Shown one piece after another: positions 31,484 through 41,872 of a DNA stretch of 64,000 nt. Source of the DNA: Alphaproteobacteria bacterium (lineage in GTDB: Bacteria > Pseudomonadota > Alphaproteobacteria > GCA-2731375); assembly GCA_965225945.1 (NCBI GenBank), contig CBDDBZ010000023.1:1-64000 (forward strand), written 5' to 3'. The translations under genes and the position numbers were made by a program. The first letter of the stretch is position 1. Every line of letters starts with the position of its first letter. The notes under the pieces are model-generated. The model ran no database searches, was not told where the DNA came from, and worked only from the letters and a program-made list of their open reading frames with translations.

Positions 31484-32503
31484 GGCTCAATTCGTGAATT
31501 GTATGCATTAGTGATAGAGTGCCTGGAACGTCAGGAGGTTGGGTTATGGACGGCAAGGGTTTCCAGGTGTGGCTTTCGGCGGCGCGCGGGCTGACGCGCG
31601 CGCAGCGGCGCGAGGCGCTCGCGGTGCTGTCGGGCCGGAGCGAGGGCGAGGCATCGAAGGCCGCGATCGAGCTTGGTGTGGACGAGGCCCGGCGCTGTCC
31701 GCACTGCGCGAGCGAAGGGGCGGTTTCGCGCGGTATGGCGCGGGGTCTGCGGCGCTACCAGTGCAAGGGCTGCGGCAGGACCTTCAACGCGCTGAGCGGT
31801 ACGCCGCTGTCGGGCTTGCACCACAAGGAACGCTGGCTGTCGTTCGGGGCGTCGCTGGCGAAGGGGGAGACGGTGAAGGCCTCGGCGGCGCGCTGCGACG
31901 TGGCGGTGAGCACGGCGTTCCGCTGGCGTCACCGGTTTCTGGCGGCGGCGCGGAGCGATTCGGAGGTGCTCAAGGGGATCGTGGAAGCGGACGAGACCTA
32001 CGTCCTGGAGAGCCGGAAGGGCGCGCGCGGGCTGGGGCGCAAGGCACGGCGGCGGGGCGGCAAGGCGAAGAAGCGCGGCCTCTCGCGCGAGCAGGTACCG
32101 GTTCTCATGGCGGCGGACCGGAGCGGAACGACGGTCAGCGCGGTGCTGCCCAGGGTCGATGCGGCGGCGCTCACGGCTGCCCTCGACCCGGTGGTCGCGA
32201 AGGACGCCCTGCTGGTCTCCGACGGCGGCGCGAGCTACCCACCGTGCGCCGCCGCGCTCGGGGTGAGCCACGAAGCACTCAACCGCTCGATGGGGGAACG
32301 GGTTCGGGGCGATCTGCATGTGCAGACGGTGAACAGCCGCCACAGCCGGTTGAAGGACTTCCTGCGTCCCCGCCGCGGCATCGCCACCCGCTATCTGGAC
32401 AACTACCTGAGCTGGTTCCACCTCGTCGGCCTCGCCCCCGGCGCCAATGACCGAGCCTGCCTCGCCGCCGCCGTAACAAGGTGACGCATACAATTCACGA
32501 ATT
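31484..32503 (+). mobile_element. IS1595-family insertion sequence, copy 1
   Basis: TIR GGCTCAATTCGTGAATTGTATGC (right end lacks the last 5 bp); 8-bp TSD TTATTAAA at 31476-31483 and 32504-32511. Confidence 0.95.
31546..32484 (+). CDS. IS1595-family transposase
   Basis: CPHC/CKGC Zn ribbon, HTH (TAFRWRHRFL), VEADETY, SDG, VQTVN..HSRLK, GIATRYL. Confidence 0.95.
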   Translation: MDGKGFQVWLSAARGLTRAQRREALAVLSGRSEGEASKAAIELGVDEARRCPHCASEGAVSRGMARGLRRYQCKGCGRTFNALSGTPLSGLHHKERWLSFGASLAKGETVKASAARCDVAVSTAFRWRHRFLAAARSDSEVLKGIVEADETYVLESRKGARGLGRKARRRGGKAKKRGLSREQVPVLMAADRSGTTVSAVLPRVDAAALTAALDPVVAKDALLVSDGGASYPPCAAALGVSHEALNRSMGERVRGDLHVQTVNSRHSRLKDFLRPRRGIATRYLDNYLSWFHLVGLAPGANDRACLAAAVTR

Positions 32504-32588
32504 TTATTAAAGATAACGAGGGTACGGTCGTCGAGTTCCAGCAACACGATGGCCAATCGGCGCTACGGGCCTATCTGGAACGGGTCGA

Positions 32589-33761
32589 TTGATCACCGAG
32601 GTCGGTTCCAAGTTTCCCATGCTCGCATCTCACCTCGACTTTTACGGCCGCCACGAGATCTCGCCCGTGCGCCAGGACCTCTCCGACCTCGAAGCGCATT
32701 TCGCTCGCCGCGCGGCGCTCTACCGTCAGCTCGGCCTGCCGCCGCGCCTCGTCGCCGGTGCGACGGTGGTCGAAGTCGGACCCGGGAGCGGTCACAACGC
32801 GCTCCATACCGCGAGCCTGGAGCCCGCCCGCTATCTCCTGGTCGAGGGTAATCCGCGCGGCGTGGGCGACATGCAGGTGCTGTTCGCGGCCCATCCCCAC
32901 CTCGCCAAGCGGATGGAGATCGTGCTGTCGCGGATCGAGGACTTCCGGACACGCGAACGTTTCGATCTCGTACTTTCGGAAGGCCTGCTCTCCGGCGTGC
33001 CGAACCCGGAGGAGGTCTTGAACGCGCTGGATGCGCTGGCGGCACCCGGCGCCGTGCTGGTGATCACCTGCGTCGATCACCTCTCGCACTTCCCCGAGAC
33101 GGTTCGCCGCGCCCTCGCCCGTCGCGTTGTGCCGGCGGGGGTCGAAATGTCGCGCGAGACGGACCTGCTGGTGGAGATGTTCGAAAGCCACCTGGCGACG
33201 CTCGGCGCGATGAGCCGGCGGCGCGACGACTGGGTCGTCGACAATCTGATCCATCCGGGCTCCATCATCCCGCTGATCAACTTCCCCGAGGCGGTGGCCC
33301 TCTTGGCCGATCGCTACGTTTTCCATAGCTCCTCGCCCCGCTTCGTCGCCGACTGGCGCTGGTACAAGGCGGTGCCGGAGGACGGCGTCGGCACCAACGC
33401 GCGCGCGATCGAGAGCTATTGGCGCCAGGCCCACAACCTGCTGGACCATCGCTGTGTGCTGGCGCCGCGCGCGGCGGCCGAGAACCAACGGCTCTACGAC
33501 CTTTGCACCCGGGCCCGGGCCGATCTCGAAGCCCACGAGCGCGCGCGGGAGCATCGCTTCCTCGGCCGCTTCGTCGCGACCCTGGACAGAATCGTCGACG
33601 ACGTTCAGGGCTTTAACGAGCCCGCGGCCGCCGGCCTGGCCGAGGCCCGCGACCTGCTGACCCGCGACGACTTGGCGCCCGACGCGGTGGCCGAGGCGGA
33701 CCTGCTGGCCGCCCTCTTCGGTCGGGGGCAGCAATATTTGAGCCTGATCAAGAACGCCTGA
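32589..33761 (+). CDS. Class I SAM-dependent methyltransferase
   Basis: VEVGPGSG.N, FDLVLSEG; TTGA overlap with the VOC stop. Confidence 0.8.
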   Translation: MITEVGSKFPMLASHLDFYGRHEISPVRQDLSDLEAHFARRAALYRQLGLPPRLVAGATVVEVGPGSGHNALHTASLEPARYLLVEGNPRGVGDMQVLFAAHPHLAKRMEIVLSRIEDFRTRERFDLVLSEGLLSGVPNPEEVLNALDALAAPGAVLVITCVDHLSHFPETVRRALARRVVPAGVEMSRETDLLVEMFESHLATLGAMSRRRDDWVVDNLIHPGSIIPLINFPEAVALLADRYVFHSSSPRFVADWRWYKAVPEDGVGTNARAIESYWRQAHNLLDHRCVLAPRAAAENQRLYDLCTRARADLEAHERAREHRFLGRFVATLDRIVDDVQGFNEPAAAGLAEARDLLTRDDLAPDAVAEADLLAALFGRGQQYLSLIKNA

Positions 33762-33781
33762 GGGCGCTGGGAGAGAACGAC

Positions 33782-34885
33782 ATGGCACGGGTACTGGTCA
33801 TCGGCGGCGGCTTCGCCGGCTGCATCGCGGCACAGATGCTGCAAGAGAAGGGACACGAGATCACCCTGGTGGAACGCGCGCCCGTGCTCGGCGGCGGCTG
33901 TCGCACGCTTTGGTACGGCGGCCACCCCTACACCCTCGGCCCCCGCCACTTCCTGACCCGGAACGAAAAGACCTACGAATTCCTAGATCGCTCCTGCCCG
34001 ATGCGGCGCTACGACGAGGGCCACGAGTTCCTCACCTATATCGAGCGGGACGCGGCCTTCTATCACTTCCCGATCCACCGCGACGAAGTGGCCGACATGC
34101 CGGATTGCGACCTCATCGAGGAGGAGCTGGCCCAGGCCCCCGGCCCCGACGGCGCGCGCAATCTGGAGGAATACTGGGTCTTCTCGGTCGGGCGCACGCT
34201 CTACGACAAGTTCATCGACGGCTACTCCCGTAAGATGTGGGACATCGAGAGCAACACCGAGATCACCGATTTCGGCTTCACGCCCAAGGGCGTCGCGCTC
34301 AAGACCGGGCCCAAGGCGGCCTGGACCGAGGCGATCTCCGGCTTCCCGCTCGCGGCCAACGGCTACGACGACTATTTCGACGTCGCGACTAGGGACGTCG
34401 AGGTCCATCTCGAAACCGCGATCGAGGATTTCGACGTCGAGCGCCATCGGGTGATGATCGAGGGCGAGTGGCACGGCTTCGACCTGATGGTCTCCACCAT
34501 CTCGCCGGAGATCCTCCTGAAGGACGCCTTCGGACCGCTGCGCTGGATGGGGCGCGACTTCTTTAAGCTGGTGCTGCCGGTCTAGAAGGTATTCCCGGAG
34601 GAGGTCTACTTTCTCTACTACGCCAACGGCGAGCCGTTCACCCGGGTGGTCGAATATAAGAAATTCTTCCACTACGAATCGGCGACCACGCTGCTCGGCA
34701 TCGAGATCCCCTCCAAACGCAACAAGCTCTACCCCTATCCGGTGAAGGCCGACCAGGCGCGCCACCGGCAATACGTCGAGGCCCTGCCCGAGACGGTGTT
34801 CTCCATCGGGCGCAACGGCAGCTACCGCTATCTCGACGTCGGCCTGACGATCGAGCAGTGTTTCAAGGTCTTCGACGGGGTCTGA
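33782..34885 (+). pseudogene. UDP-galactopyranose mutase-like FAD enzyme with in-frame TAG (34583-34585)
   Basis: GGGFAG, GGGC, GPRHF, YSRKMW; frame continues past TAG to TRVVEYK, YPYP, GRNGSYRYLD. Confidence 0.8.
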
Positions 34886-34895
34886 GGAGGCCGAG

Positions 34896-36050
34896 ATGAA
34901 CCCGCCCGTGGCGTTGGAAGCGATCCGTCTGGACGAGAGCGTGGGCGAGCCCGGCCAGGCGCTCGCCGGCTTGCCGACGCCGGAGCCGGTGCCCGATCTC
35001 CACGCCTATCTCCGTGAGCGGCGGATCCGCCTCTCGTGTTCGCCGGAGGCGCTCGCCAACTATCTCGCCTTCATGGCGTCCGAGCGGCGCTCGGCCGAGG
35101 TTGACTACCTGCCGATCCGGCTGGATTTCGAGAACGTCAGCCGCTGTAATTTCCGCTGCACCATGTGCACGGTCTCCGAGTGGCCGAAGGGCAGGCGGGC
35201 GGCCGACATGGCGCTCGCCGATTTCGAGCGGTTGTTGGACGAGCAGGTGGGCCTGGTCGAGGTCAAGGTGCAGGGCCTGGGCGAGCCGACGATGCAGGGC
35301 GAGGACTACTTCGCCATGATCCGCCTCGCCCGGAGCCGCCACATCTGGGTCCGGACCACCACCAACGCCTCGCTCCTGCACCTGAAGGACAACCATCGCA
35401 AACTGGTCGATAGCGGCGTCAACGAGATCCAGATCTCGATCGACGGCGCCGACGCCGAAGTCTTCCAGGCGATCCGGCGCGGCGCCGTGTTCGACCGGGT
35501 GATCGCCAACTGACGCCTGATCAACGACTACTGCGACGCGCAGCGCGTGGAGCGGACCAAGATGTGGACCGTGGTACAGCGCGGCAACCGCCATCAACTG
35601 GCCGACCTCGTGCGCCTCGGCGCCCGGATAGGGTTCCGCCACATGGCCTTCTCGCTCAACCTGGTGGACTTCGGCCTCGCCGAATGGCGGATACGGAACG
35701 ATGCGGTCACGGTGGAACGGGAGTTCGGCCGCGCCGAGGCGGAGGACTTGATGGCGCTGGGCGCTGAGCACGGCATCGACGTTCGTTTCTGGAGCGTCGC
35801 CCATAAATATTCGACCCGCTCGCCGTCGCGCCTCTGCCCCTGGCCATTCGAGCGTGCCGCCGTTTCCTCCGACCTCCGCGTGGTGCCCTGCTGTATCATC
35901 GGCAACCCCGACGTCAGCGAGTTGGGCTCGGCAGCCAATGGCTTTTCCGAGGTCTGGTTCGGCGCCCGCCACGCGGAATTCCGGCGTGCCCATCTGGAGG
36001 GTCGGATTCCGGCGGTCTGCCGCTCCTGCTACGAGGAGGGCACGACGTGA
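34896..36050 (+). pseudogene. Radical SAM/SPASM protein with in-frame TGA (35511-35513)
   Basis: CNFRCTMC, GLGEP, TTNAS, SIDG; after TGA, in frame CPWPF...VVPCC...CRSCY. Confidence 0.75.
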
Positions 36051-36966
36051 GCCCCGCCTACGACGCCGAGGCGCTGGGTTCCGATCTGCCGAGAAGCCGG
36101 AGCCAGTTTTGGAGCCGGCGGCTCGCCGAGGCGTTGGTCGGGCTGCTGGGCCTCGACCGGACCGGGCTCTTCGCCACCGAGCTGCAGCAGGCGATCCGAC
36201 CGATCGCGACGATTCCGACACGCCACGGCGACTTCTACTGCCGCGCCGGCCATGGCCGCCTGGTCTGGCGGGCCCGCAGCTTCCACGAGGAGGAGCCGGA
36301 GACCGTGCCTGGCTCGACACGCTGAGTGCCCAGGACGTCTATTGGGACGTCGGCGCCAACGTCGGGCTCTACGCCCTCTATGCCGCCAAGTTCCGGGCTG
36401 CGCGGGTGATCGCGATCGAGCCGGAGGCGCAGAACCATGCGCTGCTGGTGGAGAATATCGCGCTCAACGGCTTGGGCGACAGGTGCCTGCCGATCGCCGC
36501 CGCGCTCGGCGACCGGGAGGAGTTCGGCCGCCTGCTGGTCCGCTACGTCACCAAGGGCGGTGCCTTCAACCTGTTCCGCCGCGCCCAAGAGGGCGAGCTG
36601 CCGGAGAGCTTCGAGGCCGCCCAGGCCTACGAACGTCGCCGGGGCCTCGAACAGGGGCTCTTCTCGACCACCATCGACGCCCTGGTCCACGAGCACGGAC
36701 TGCCGCCGCCGACTTATCTCAAGATCGACGTCGACGGCCTGGAGCCCCGGATCATCGACGGCGCGAGCCGAAGCCTGGCCGACGATCATCTGAAAAGCGT
36801 GCTGATCGAGCTCAACACCAAGGCGCAAGCCGATATGGCGGTGCCGCGGATCCTCGCCCGTCGGGGTTTCCGTCTGGTTTCCGAACGCTCCAACTGGCTC
36901 TCGCGGCCGGACAGCGCGCGCGCCGTCGACCTGCCCGCCACCAACATGATTTTCCGCCGCGATTGA
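36047..36966 (+). pseudogene. FkbM family methyltransferase, 1-bp frameshift near 36306
   Basis: EEPET | AWLD..WDVGANVG, IEP, KIDVDGLE. Confidence 0.85.
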
Positions 36967-36977
36967 CGCCCAGCGCC

Positions 36978-37856
36978 CTAGCCGCCGGGCGGCGCGACGC
37001 GGGTGAGAAATTCGATGACGGAAGCAGCGAAGATGTCGTTGCGGTCGCCAGCGACCATATGCGCGGCGTTGGCGACGTTGACGTATTCCGCGTGGGCACA
37101 CTGCGCGAGGAAGCTTTGCGCGCCCTCCTCGCTCAACACGTCCGAGAGGCCGCCCCGGACCAGCAGGGTCGGCAGCGACAATCGATCGGCGCACTCGGAG
37201 AGTCGCGCCCGGTAGGCGACGATGCCGACCCGGCTTCGCCGGCGGGCCGGGTCCCAGTGCCAGACGTATTTGCCGTTCGGCCCGAGGCGGACGTTCTTCG
37301 CCAAGCCGTCGAGGGTTCGCGGCCGGGGGCGGTGCGGTTGGTAGTTGGCGATGGCTTCCGCGACCTCCTCCAGGGTGTCGAAACCGTCCGGCTTCTGGTT
37401 CATGAATTCTTGAATTTTGCGGCTGCCCTCGGACTCGATTCGGGGTGCCACGTCGACCAGGACCAGGGCGGCGGCGTCGAGCCGTGCCTCGCCGACGGCG
37501 AGCAGGCTGGTGCCGCCGCCCATCGAAGCACCGACCAGGATCGGCGCCTCGCCGCCGAGTGCCTCGATCACGCCCACCAGGTCGTCGATCATGCGGTCGA
37601 CCTCGTAGTCGCCGTCGGGCGCCCAATCGGAATCGCCGTGGCCCCGGGCATCGTAGGCCACCGCCCGGTAGCCGGCCCGGCCCAGGGTCTCACCCGCGCC
37701 CTTCCAGGCGTGTCGGGTCTGGCCGCCGCCGTGCAGCAGCAGCGCCAGGCGGCCGTTACGCGGCCCCCAGGCATCGCCGGCGATTTGCAGGCCGTCCGCG
37801 CCCGGCCATTTGTGCATCGGCACCGGCGTGCCGGGCAGCCGTTCCCCCGCGCTCAT
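36978..37856 (-). CDS. Alpha/beta hydrolase
   Basis: HGGGQTRHAW, DARGHGDS, GASMGG, HMVAGDRND. Confidence 0.9.
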   Translation of the reverse strand: MSAGERLPGTPVPMHKWPGADGLQIAGDAWGPRNGRLALLLHGGGQTRHAWKGAGETLGRAGYRAVAYDARGHGDSDWAPDGDYEVDRMIDDLVGVIEALGGEAPILVGASMGGGTSLLAVGEARLDAAALVLVDVAPRIESEGSRKIQEFMNQKPDGFDTLEEVAEAIANYQPHRPRPRTLDGLAKNVRLGPNGKYVWHWDPARRRSRVGIVAYRARLSECADRLSLPTLLVRGGLSDVLSEEGAQSFLAQCAHAEYVNVANAAHMVAGDRNDIFAASVIEFLTRVAPPGG

Positions 37857-38064
37857 TCTGGGCGCCTCCCCCATTGTTGTTCCACTGGGCTGTTCCGCTG
37901 GCCGATCCCGGCCGGCGCCGGCATCGCGTTTCGAAGCGCCCTTGCATAGCCGACCGCCCCGGCGCCGGCAACCGGGGCGGCGGCCCAGATGCGGCGGCCG
38001 CAGGCCGAGGCTGCTATAATCGAGGGGATGGTGAGGCGGAAGTCGGACGAGAAGGGAATGGGCC

Positions 38065-38610
38065 ATGACGATTCGCAAGACCGTGCTCTATCGGGAAATC
38101 ATCTTGGCCGACGATCACCGAAAGGCCTCGGCGCAGATCACCCGCGTGGTCGCCGGCGCGGTGATCGAAAATCCCTTCGCCGGCCGCTTCGTGGAGGATC
38201 TGACGCCGCTCTTCGATCTCGGCGGCCAGCTCGGCGAGCGGCTGATGGGGGAGGCGGTGGGCCTCTTGGCCGGCCCGCCGACGAGCTACGGCAAGGCGGC
38301 GATCGTCGGCGCGGCCGGCGACATGGAGCATGGCGCGGCGATGATCCATCCCAAGCTCGGCAAGCCGATGCGGGCCGCCGTCGACGGCGGCAAGGCGCTG
38401 ATCCCCTCCAACGCCAAGGTGGCGGCGGTCGGCACGCCCATTGACCTGCCGATCGGCCACAAGGACGAGACCTGGTCCTTCGCCCACTTCGACACCATCA
38501 CCGTGATGGTGTTTGACGCGCCCAGGCCGGAGGAGATCGTGCTCTTCATGGCGGTGGCGGACGGCGGCCGGCCGCACCCGCGCTCGGGGACCCAGCCGAT
38601 CACCGATTGA
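38065..38610 (+). CDS. Amino acid synthesis family protein (DUF1185)
   Basis: NPFAGR.VEDL, SYGKAAIVG..G..EH, DAPR..EI, GRPH.R. Confidence 0.85.
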   Translation: MTIRKTVLYREIILADDHRKASAQITRVVAGAVIENPFAGRFVEDLTPLFDLGGQLGERLMGEAVGLLAGPPTSYGKAAIVGAAGDMEHGAAMIHPKLGKPMRAAVDGGKALIPSNAKVAAVGTPIDLPIGHKDETWSFAHFDTITVMVFDAPRPEEIVLFMAVADGGRPHPRSGTQPITD

Positions 38611-38746
38611 CGCGCTCGCGCCAACGTGGCCGCGCCGACTTTTCCCGTCATGGTGCCGCTCGCTTGACTTCGCTCCCCCGCGGCGGGACCCTGAAGACCG
38701 CGACCCTGTCAGCTCTCTGGTCTCCCGACCTGGAAGGGGCACGGGC

Positions 38747-39556
38747 ATGCGTTTCAAGTCGTTTGTTATCCCGATTGCGACCGCGATCCTGGCGGCGACG
38801 GCCGGCCCGCTCGGCGCGGCACCCCAGGCCCTCGGACTGGTGGCGATGGACGCAGCCACGCCGCTTCGTTGCGAGGGTGGTGTCTGCCGGGCGGAGTTCA
38901 CGACCTTCTGTTTACAGAAGGCGCGATCGTTCCCGGCCCGGGGGACCGCATACGAGGTGGCCGCGTCCGGTGACTTGACGCTACGCTGGCGCGATGCCGA
39001 GGGGCGTCTCCACCGAGTCGCGGCCGCGCCCCATATCCGCATCCACACCCCACGCGCCGGCCATGCCGCCGTCACCATCACGCTGGCCGCATCGAGGCTG
39101 GCGGCGCTCGGCGGGACCCGAGCGGCGATCGAGGTGGGCCAACGGGTGACCCTGACGTCGGTCGCGATCGCCGGCGATCCCGACCCCCAAGGCTAGGCGG
39201 AACGCCGGCGGGTCGCCGGCCCGCTTCGTGCCCTCGGCGCCGACATGGTCGATGCCGGCGGGGAGGGAATCGAGCTCGCGCGGAGCCTCGTCCGCCTGGT
39301 GAACGCGCTGCCGGAGGGGATCGATCGCGGCAGGCACGCCCGCGACAGGCTCTGGGTTCGCGCGCTCCGCGACGGGCTTGCCGCCACGACGCCGGCGCGT
39401 CGCCGTCTCGCGGCCCGGGAATACGCGCGGTGCTGGGACGATCGCGTGGTCCAGCTCGGCGGCTATTCGGTCCGCGAATGCCTGAGCCGGCGCCACGACG
39501 AGGTGATGTGGGGCGAAGTCACGCGCTACTGGAAGGCCGCCGAGCCCGGGAGTTGA
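38747..39556 (+). pseudogene. Exported Cys-containing hypothetical protein with in-frame TAG (39194-39196)
   Basis: Signal peptide, CEGGVC..FCLQ; frame remains open 120 codons beyond the TAG. Confidence 0.6.
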
Positions 39557-39591
39557 GAGCCGGCTTCGAAAATTTTCGAATCGGACTCTCA
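39554..39591. terminator. Bidirectional hairpin between convergent genes
   Basis: tgagag-ccgg-c-TTCGAAAATTTTCGAA-tcgg-a-ctctca; perfect 16-bp core palindrome. Confidence 0.55.
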
Positions 39592-40914
39592 GTTGAAGCC
39601 CAGCACCTTGGACGGCAGCCACAGCGCCAGTGCGGGGAACCCCATCACCAGGGCGAGGGCGATGATCTCCAGCCCGATGAAGGGGACGACACCGCGATAC
39701 ATGTCGCCGAGCGTGATCTCCGGCGGACTGATACCGCGCAAGTAGAAGATCGCCGGCGCCATCGGCGGCGTCAGGTAGCTGGTCTGGATCACGATCAGGA
39801 AGAGGATCGAGAACCAGACCGGGTCGAAGCCGAACTCCTTCATCAACGCGATCGAGATCGGCACGAAGATCAGGATGATCGAGATCATGTCGAGCACGAA
39901 GCCGGCGAGAAAGGCCAGGAACAGGATCACCAGCAACGTGGTCCAGGCGGTGAGACCGGATGCCTGCATCATGTCGGTCACCAGAAGCATGGCGCCGGCG
40001 GCGACGAAGACGCCCGAGAACATCAACCCGCCCAAATAGATCATCAGGATCATCGAACTCACCAGCAAGGTCCGAACCAGGGCCTCGCGCAGCACGGCGA
40101 AGCTGAAGTTGCGGTAGGCCATGGTCAGGAGCACGGTGCCGAGCGCGCCCGCCGCCGCCGCCTCGGTCGGCGTCGCGGCGCCGATCATGATCGAGCCCAG
40201 CACCATGACGATCAGCAAGATCGGCGGGACCATCGCCGTGGCCGAGATCGCCAGCTTGCCTCCGAACGAGGGCTCGGCGGCGCTCGGCGGCAGGCGGGGA
40301 CCGTAGCGCGGGCGGAGGCCGCAGAGGATCAGGATATAGAGGATATAGAGCCCGGCGATGATCAACCCCGGAATCAGCATTCCGATGAAGAGGTCGCCGA
40401 TAGAGACGCCGGCGACCGGGCCCAGGATCACCACCACGATCGAGGGCGGGATGATGGTGCCGAGCGAGCCGCCGGCGCAAATCGTGCCCGAGATCAGCCC
40501 CTTGTCGTAGGCGTGCTTCAGCATCGGCGGGATCGCCAGGATGCCGACCACCGACTCGGTGGCGCCCAAGACGCCGCTGGCGGCGGCGAAGACGACGCAC
40601 ATCAGGATCGTGCCGACGGCGAGTCCGCCCGGTAGCCGCCGGGTCCAGAGATGGATTGCATCGAATAGCTTGGCGGCGATGCCCGAGCGCTCCAGCATCG
40701 CGCCCATGAAAATGAAGAGGGGTATCGCCGCCAGGATCTGCGTCCCGGCGATGGTGTGCACCTTGGAGACCAGGAGCGCCGCCAGCGCGTCCGGCGGCCA
40801 GCGCAACAGGCCGAAGAGGAAGCTGGTCCCCATCAGCGCGAAGGCGACCGGAAAGCCCATGAAGATCGCCACCAGCAGGGCGGGGAACATCCAGACGGCG
40901 ATCTCGAGGCCCAT
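39589..40914 (-). CDS. TRAP transporter large permease (DctM family)
   Basis: GFPVAF, AIPLFIFMG, GSLGTIIPPS, ATPTEAAA, YLTPP. Confidence 0.92.
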   Translation of the reverse strand: MGLEIAVWMFPALLVAIFMGFPVAFALMGTSFLFGLLRWPPDALAALLVSKVHTIAGTQILAAIPLFIFMGAMLERSGIAAKLFDAIHLWTRRLPGGLAVGTILMCVVFAAASGVLGATESVVGILAIPPMLKHAYDKGLISGTICAGGSLGTIIPPSIVVVILGPVAGVSIGDLFIGMLIPGLIIAGLYILYILILCGLRPRYGPRLPPSAAEPSFGGKLAISATAMVPPILLIVMVLGSIMIGAATPTEAAAAGALGTVLLTMAYRNFSFAVLREALVRTLLVSSMILMIYLGGLMFSGVFVAAGAMLLVTDMMQASGLTAWTTLLVILFLAFLAGFVLDMISIILIFVPISIALMKEFGFDPVWFSILFLIVIQTSYLTPPMAPAIFYLRGISPPEITLGDMYRGVVPFIGLEIIALALVMGFPALALWLPSKVLGFN

Positions 40915-40972
40915 GACGACGGCTCCGGTTCCGGCCCCGAGAGGGGAAGTGCCCGCAGGCGGGGGCGTCGGC

Positions 40973-41266
40973 TCAGCCGGTGACGGCGGCGATCGCCTTC
41001 CTCAGATCATCGGCGTTCATCACCGGCAGGAACTCGACCGCCGCGTCGAGGTTCACGAACAGCGGTTCGGCGATGATCGCGATCTGGCTCGGATCGGCCA
41101 TGTCGAAAACCATCATGCCGCCGCGCTCGCCCTGCTCGGGCCAGAAATAGGCCGCTTCCGGCTGCAGTTTTTCGATCATCTCCTCGAGCGCCTTGGCGAG
41201 CGAGCCGTCCTTGATCGTTTCGTTGCCGCGCTCCACCGGCACCGTCCAGCGCATCATCATCCGCAT
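40973..41266 (-). CDS. Small conserved hypothetical protein (DUF3303/GYD-like)
   Basis: KPEAAYF-like motif, GERGG..VFDM, PVMN.DDL; GGAG RBS. Confidence 0.7.
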   Translation of the reverse strand: MRMMMRWTVPVERGNETIKDGSLAKALEEMIEKLQPEAAYFWPEQGERGGMMVFDMADPSQIAIIAEPLFVNLDAAVEFLPVMNADDLRKAIAAVTG

Positions 41267-41406
41267 TTCCGTCTCCCTCGATCTCCCCGGGCTCATGCCC
41301 CGATGGTCGAGAGTATAGAGCACGCGCGGTCCTCGCGCCGGAAAGGGTCTGGCCAGGAGAGAGCCGGGGGAGGTATCCTGTCGTCGTTCGGCGGAAAGGA
41401 AAGCGG

Positions 41407-41847
41407 ATGACGCTCACCATCATTCCCGACGTGGTGCGGGATCAGGCGATACGGGCGCTCGGCGGGAGCGATAGCGCGCACGCGGCCGCGGCCCTGATGG
41501 TCGAGGCCGATATCTCGGCGGTGCTGATCAACGACGACGCGGGCCGCTTGGTCGGCATCGTCACCGAGCGAGACCTGGCGCGGCGGATCGTCGCCGCCGG
41601 CCGCGATTCGCGCACCACCACGCTGGCCGAGATCATGACGCCGGAGCCGGAATGCGTTCCGCCGGACGACACGCCCGACCACGCGCTCGTGTTGATGCAG
41701 GCGAGACGCTATCGCCATCTGCCGATCACGGTCGAGGGCCGCGCCGTCGGCATGGTGTCGATGCGCGACCTCCGAACGGCGACCCGGATCGCGAGGCAGC
41801 GGGGCGGCGTCCTCTCCTGGTTCACCGGCGGGCGCGCCGCCGGTTGA
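41407..41847 (+). CDS. CBS domain protein
   Basis: LVGIVTERD, IMT, RHLP, GMVSMRD. Confidence 0.9.
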   Translation: MTLTIIPDVVRDQAIRALGGSDSAHAAAALMVEADISAVLINDDAGRLVGIVTERDLARRIVAAGRDSRTTTLAEIMTPEPECVPPDDTPDHALVLMQARRYRHLPITVEGRAVGMVSMRDLRTATRIARQRGGVLSWFTGGRAAG

Positions 41848-41872
41848 AGACCCGGGCCGGGCACGAGCCGGT

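Larger units (their letters stand above)
31164..32592 (+). pseudogene. VOC/glyoxalase family protein interrupted by IS1595
   Basis: LSHVCL...RFRHICLEVDD...QCFIK | IS | DNEGTVVEFQQ...*; rejoins in frame on removing the IS and one TSD. Confidence 0.9.
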
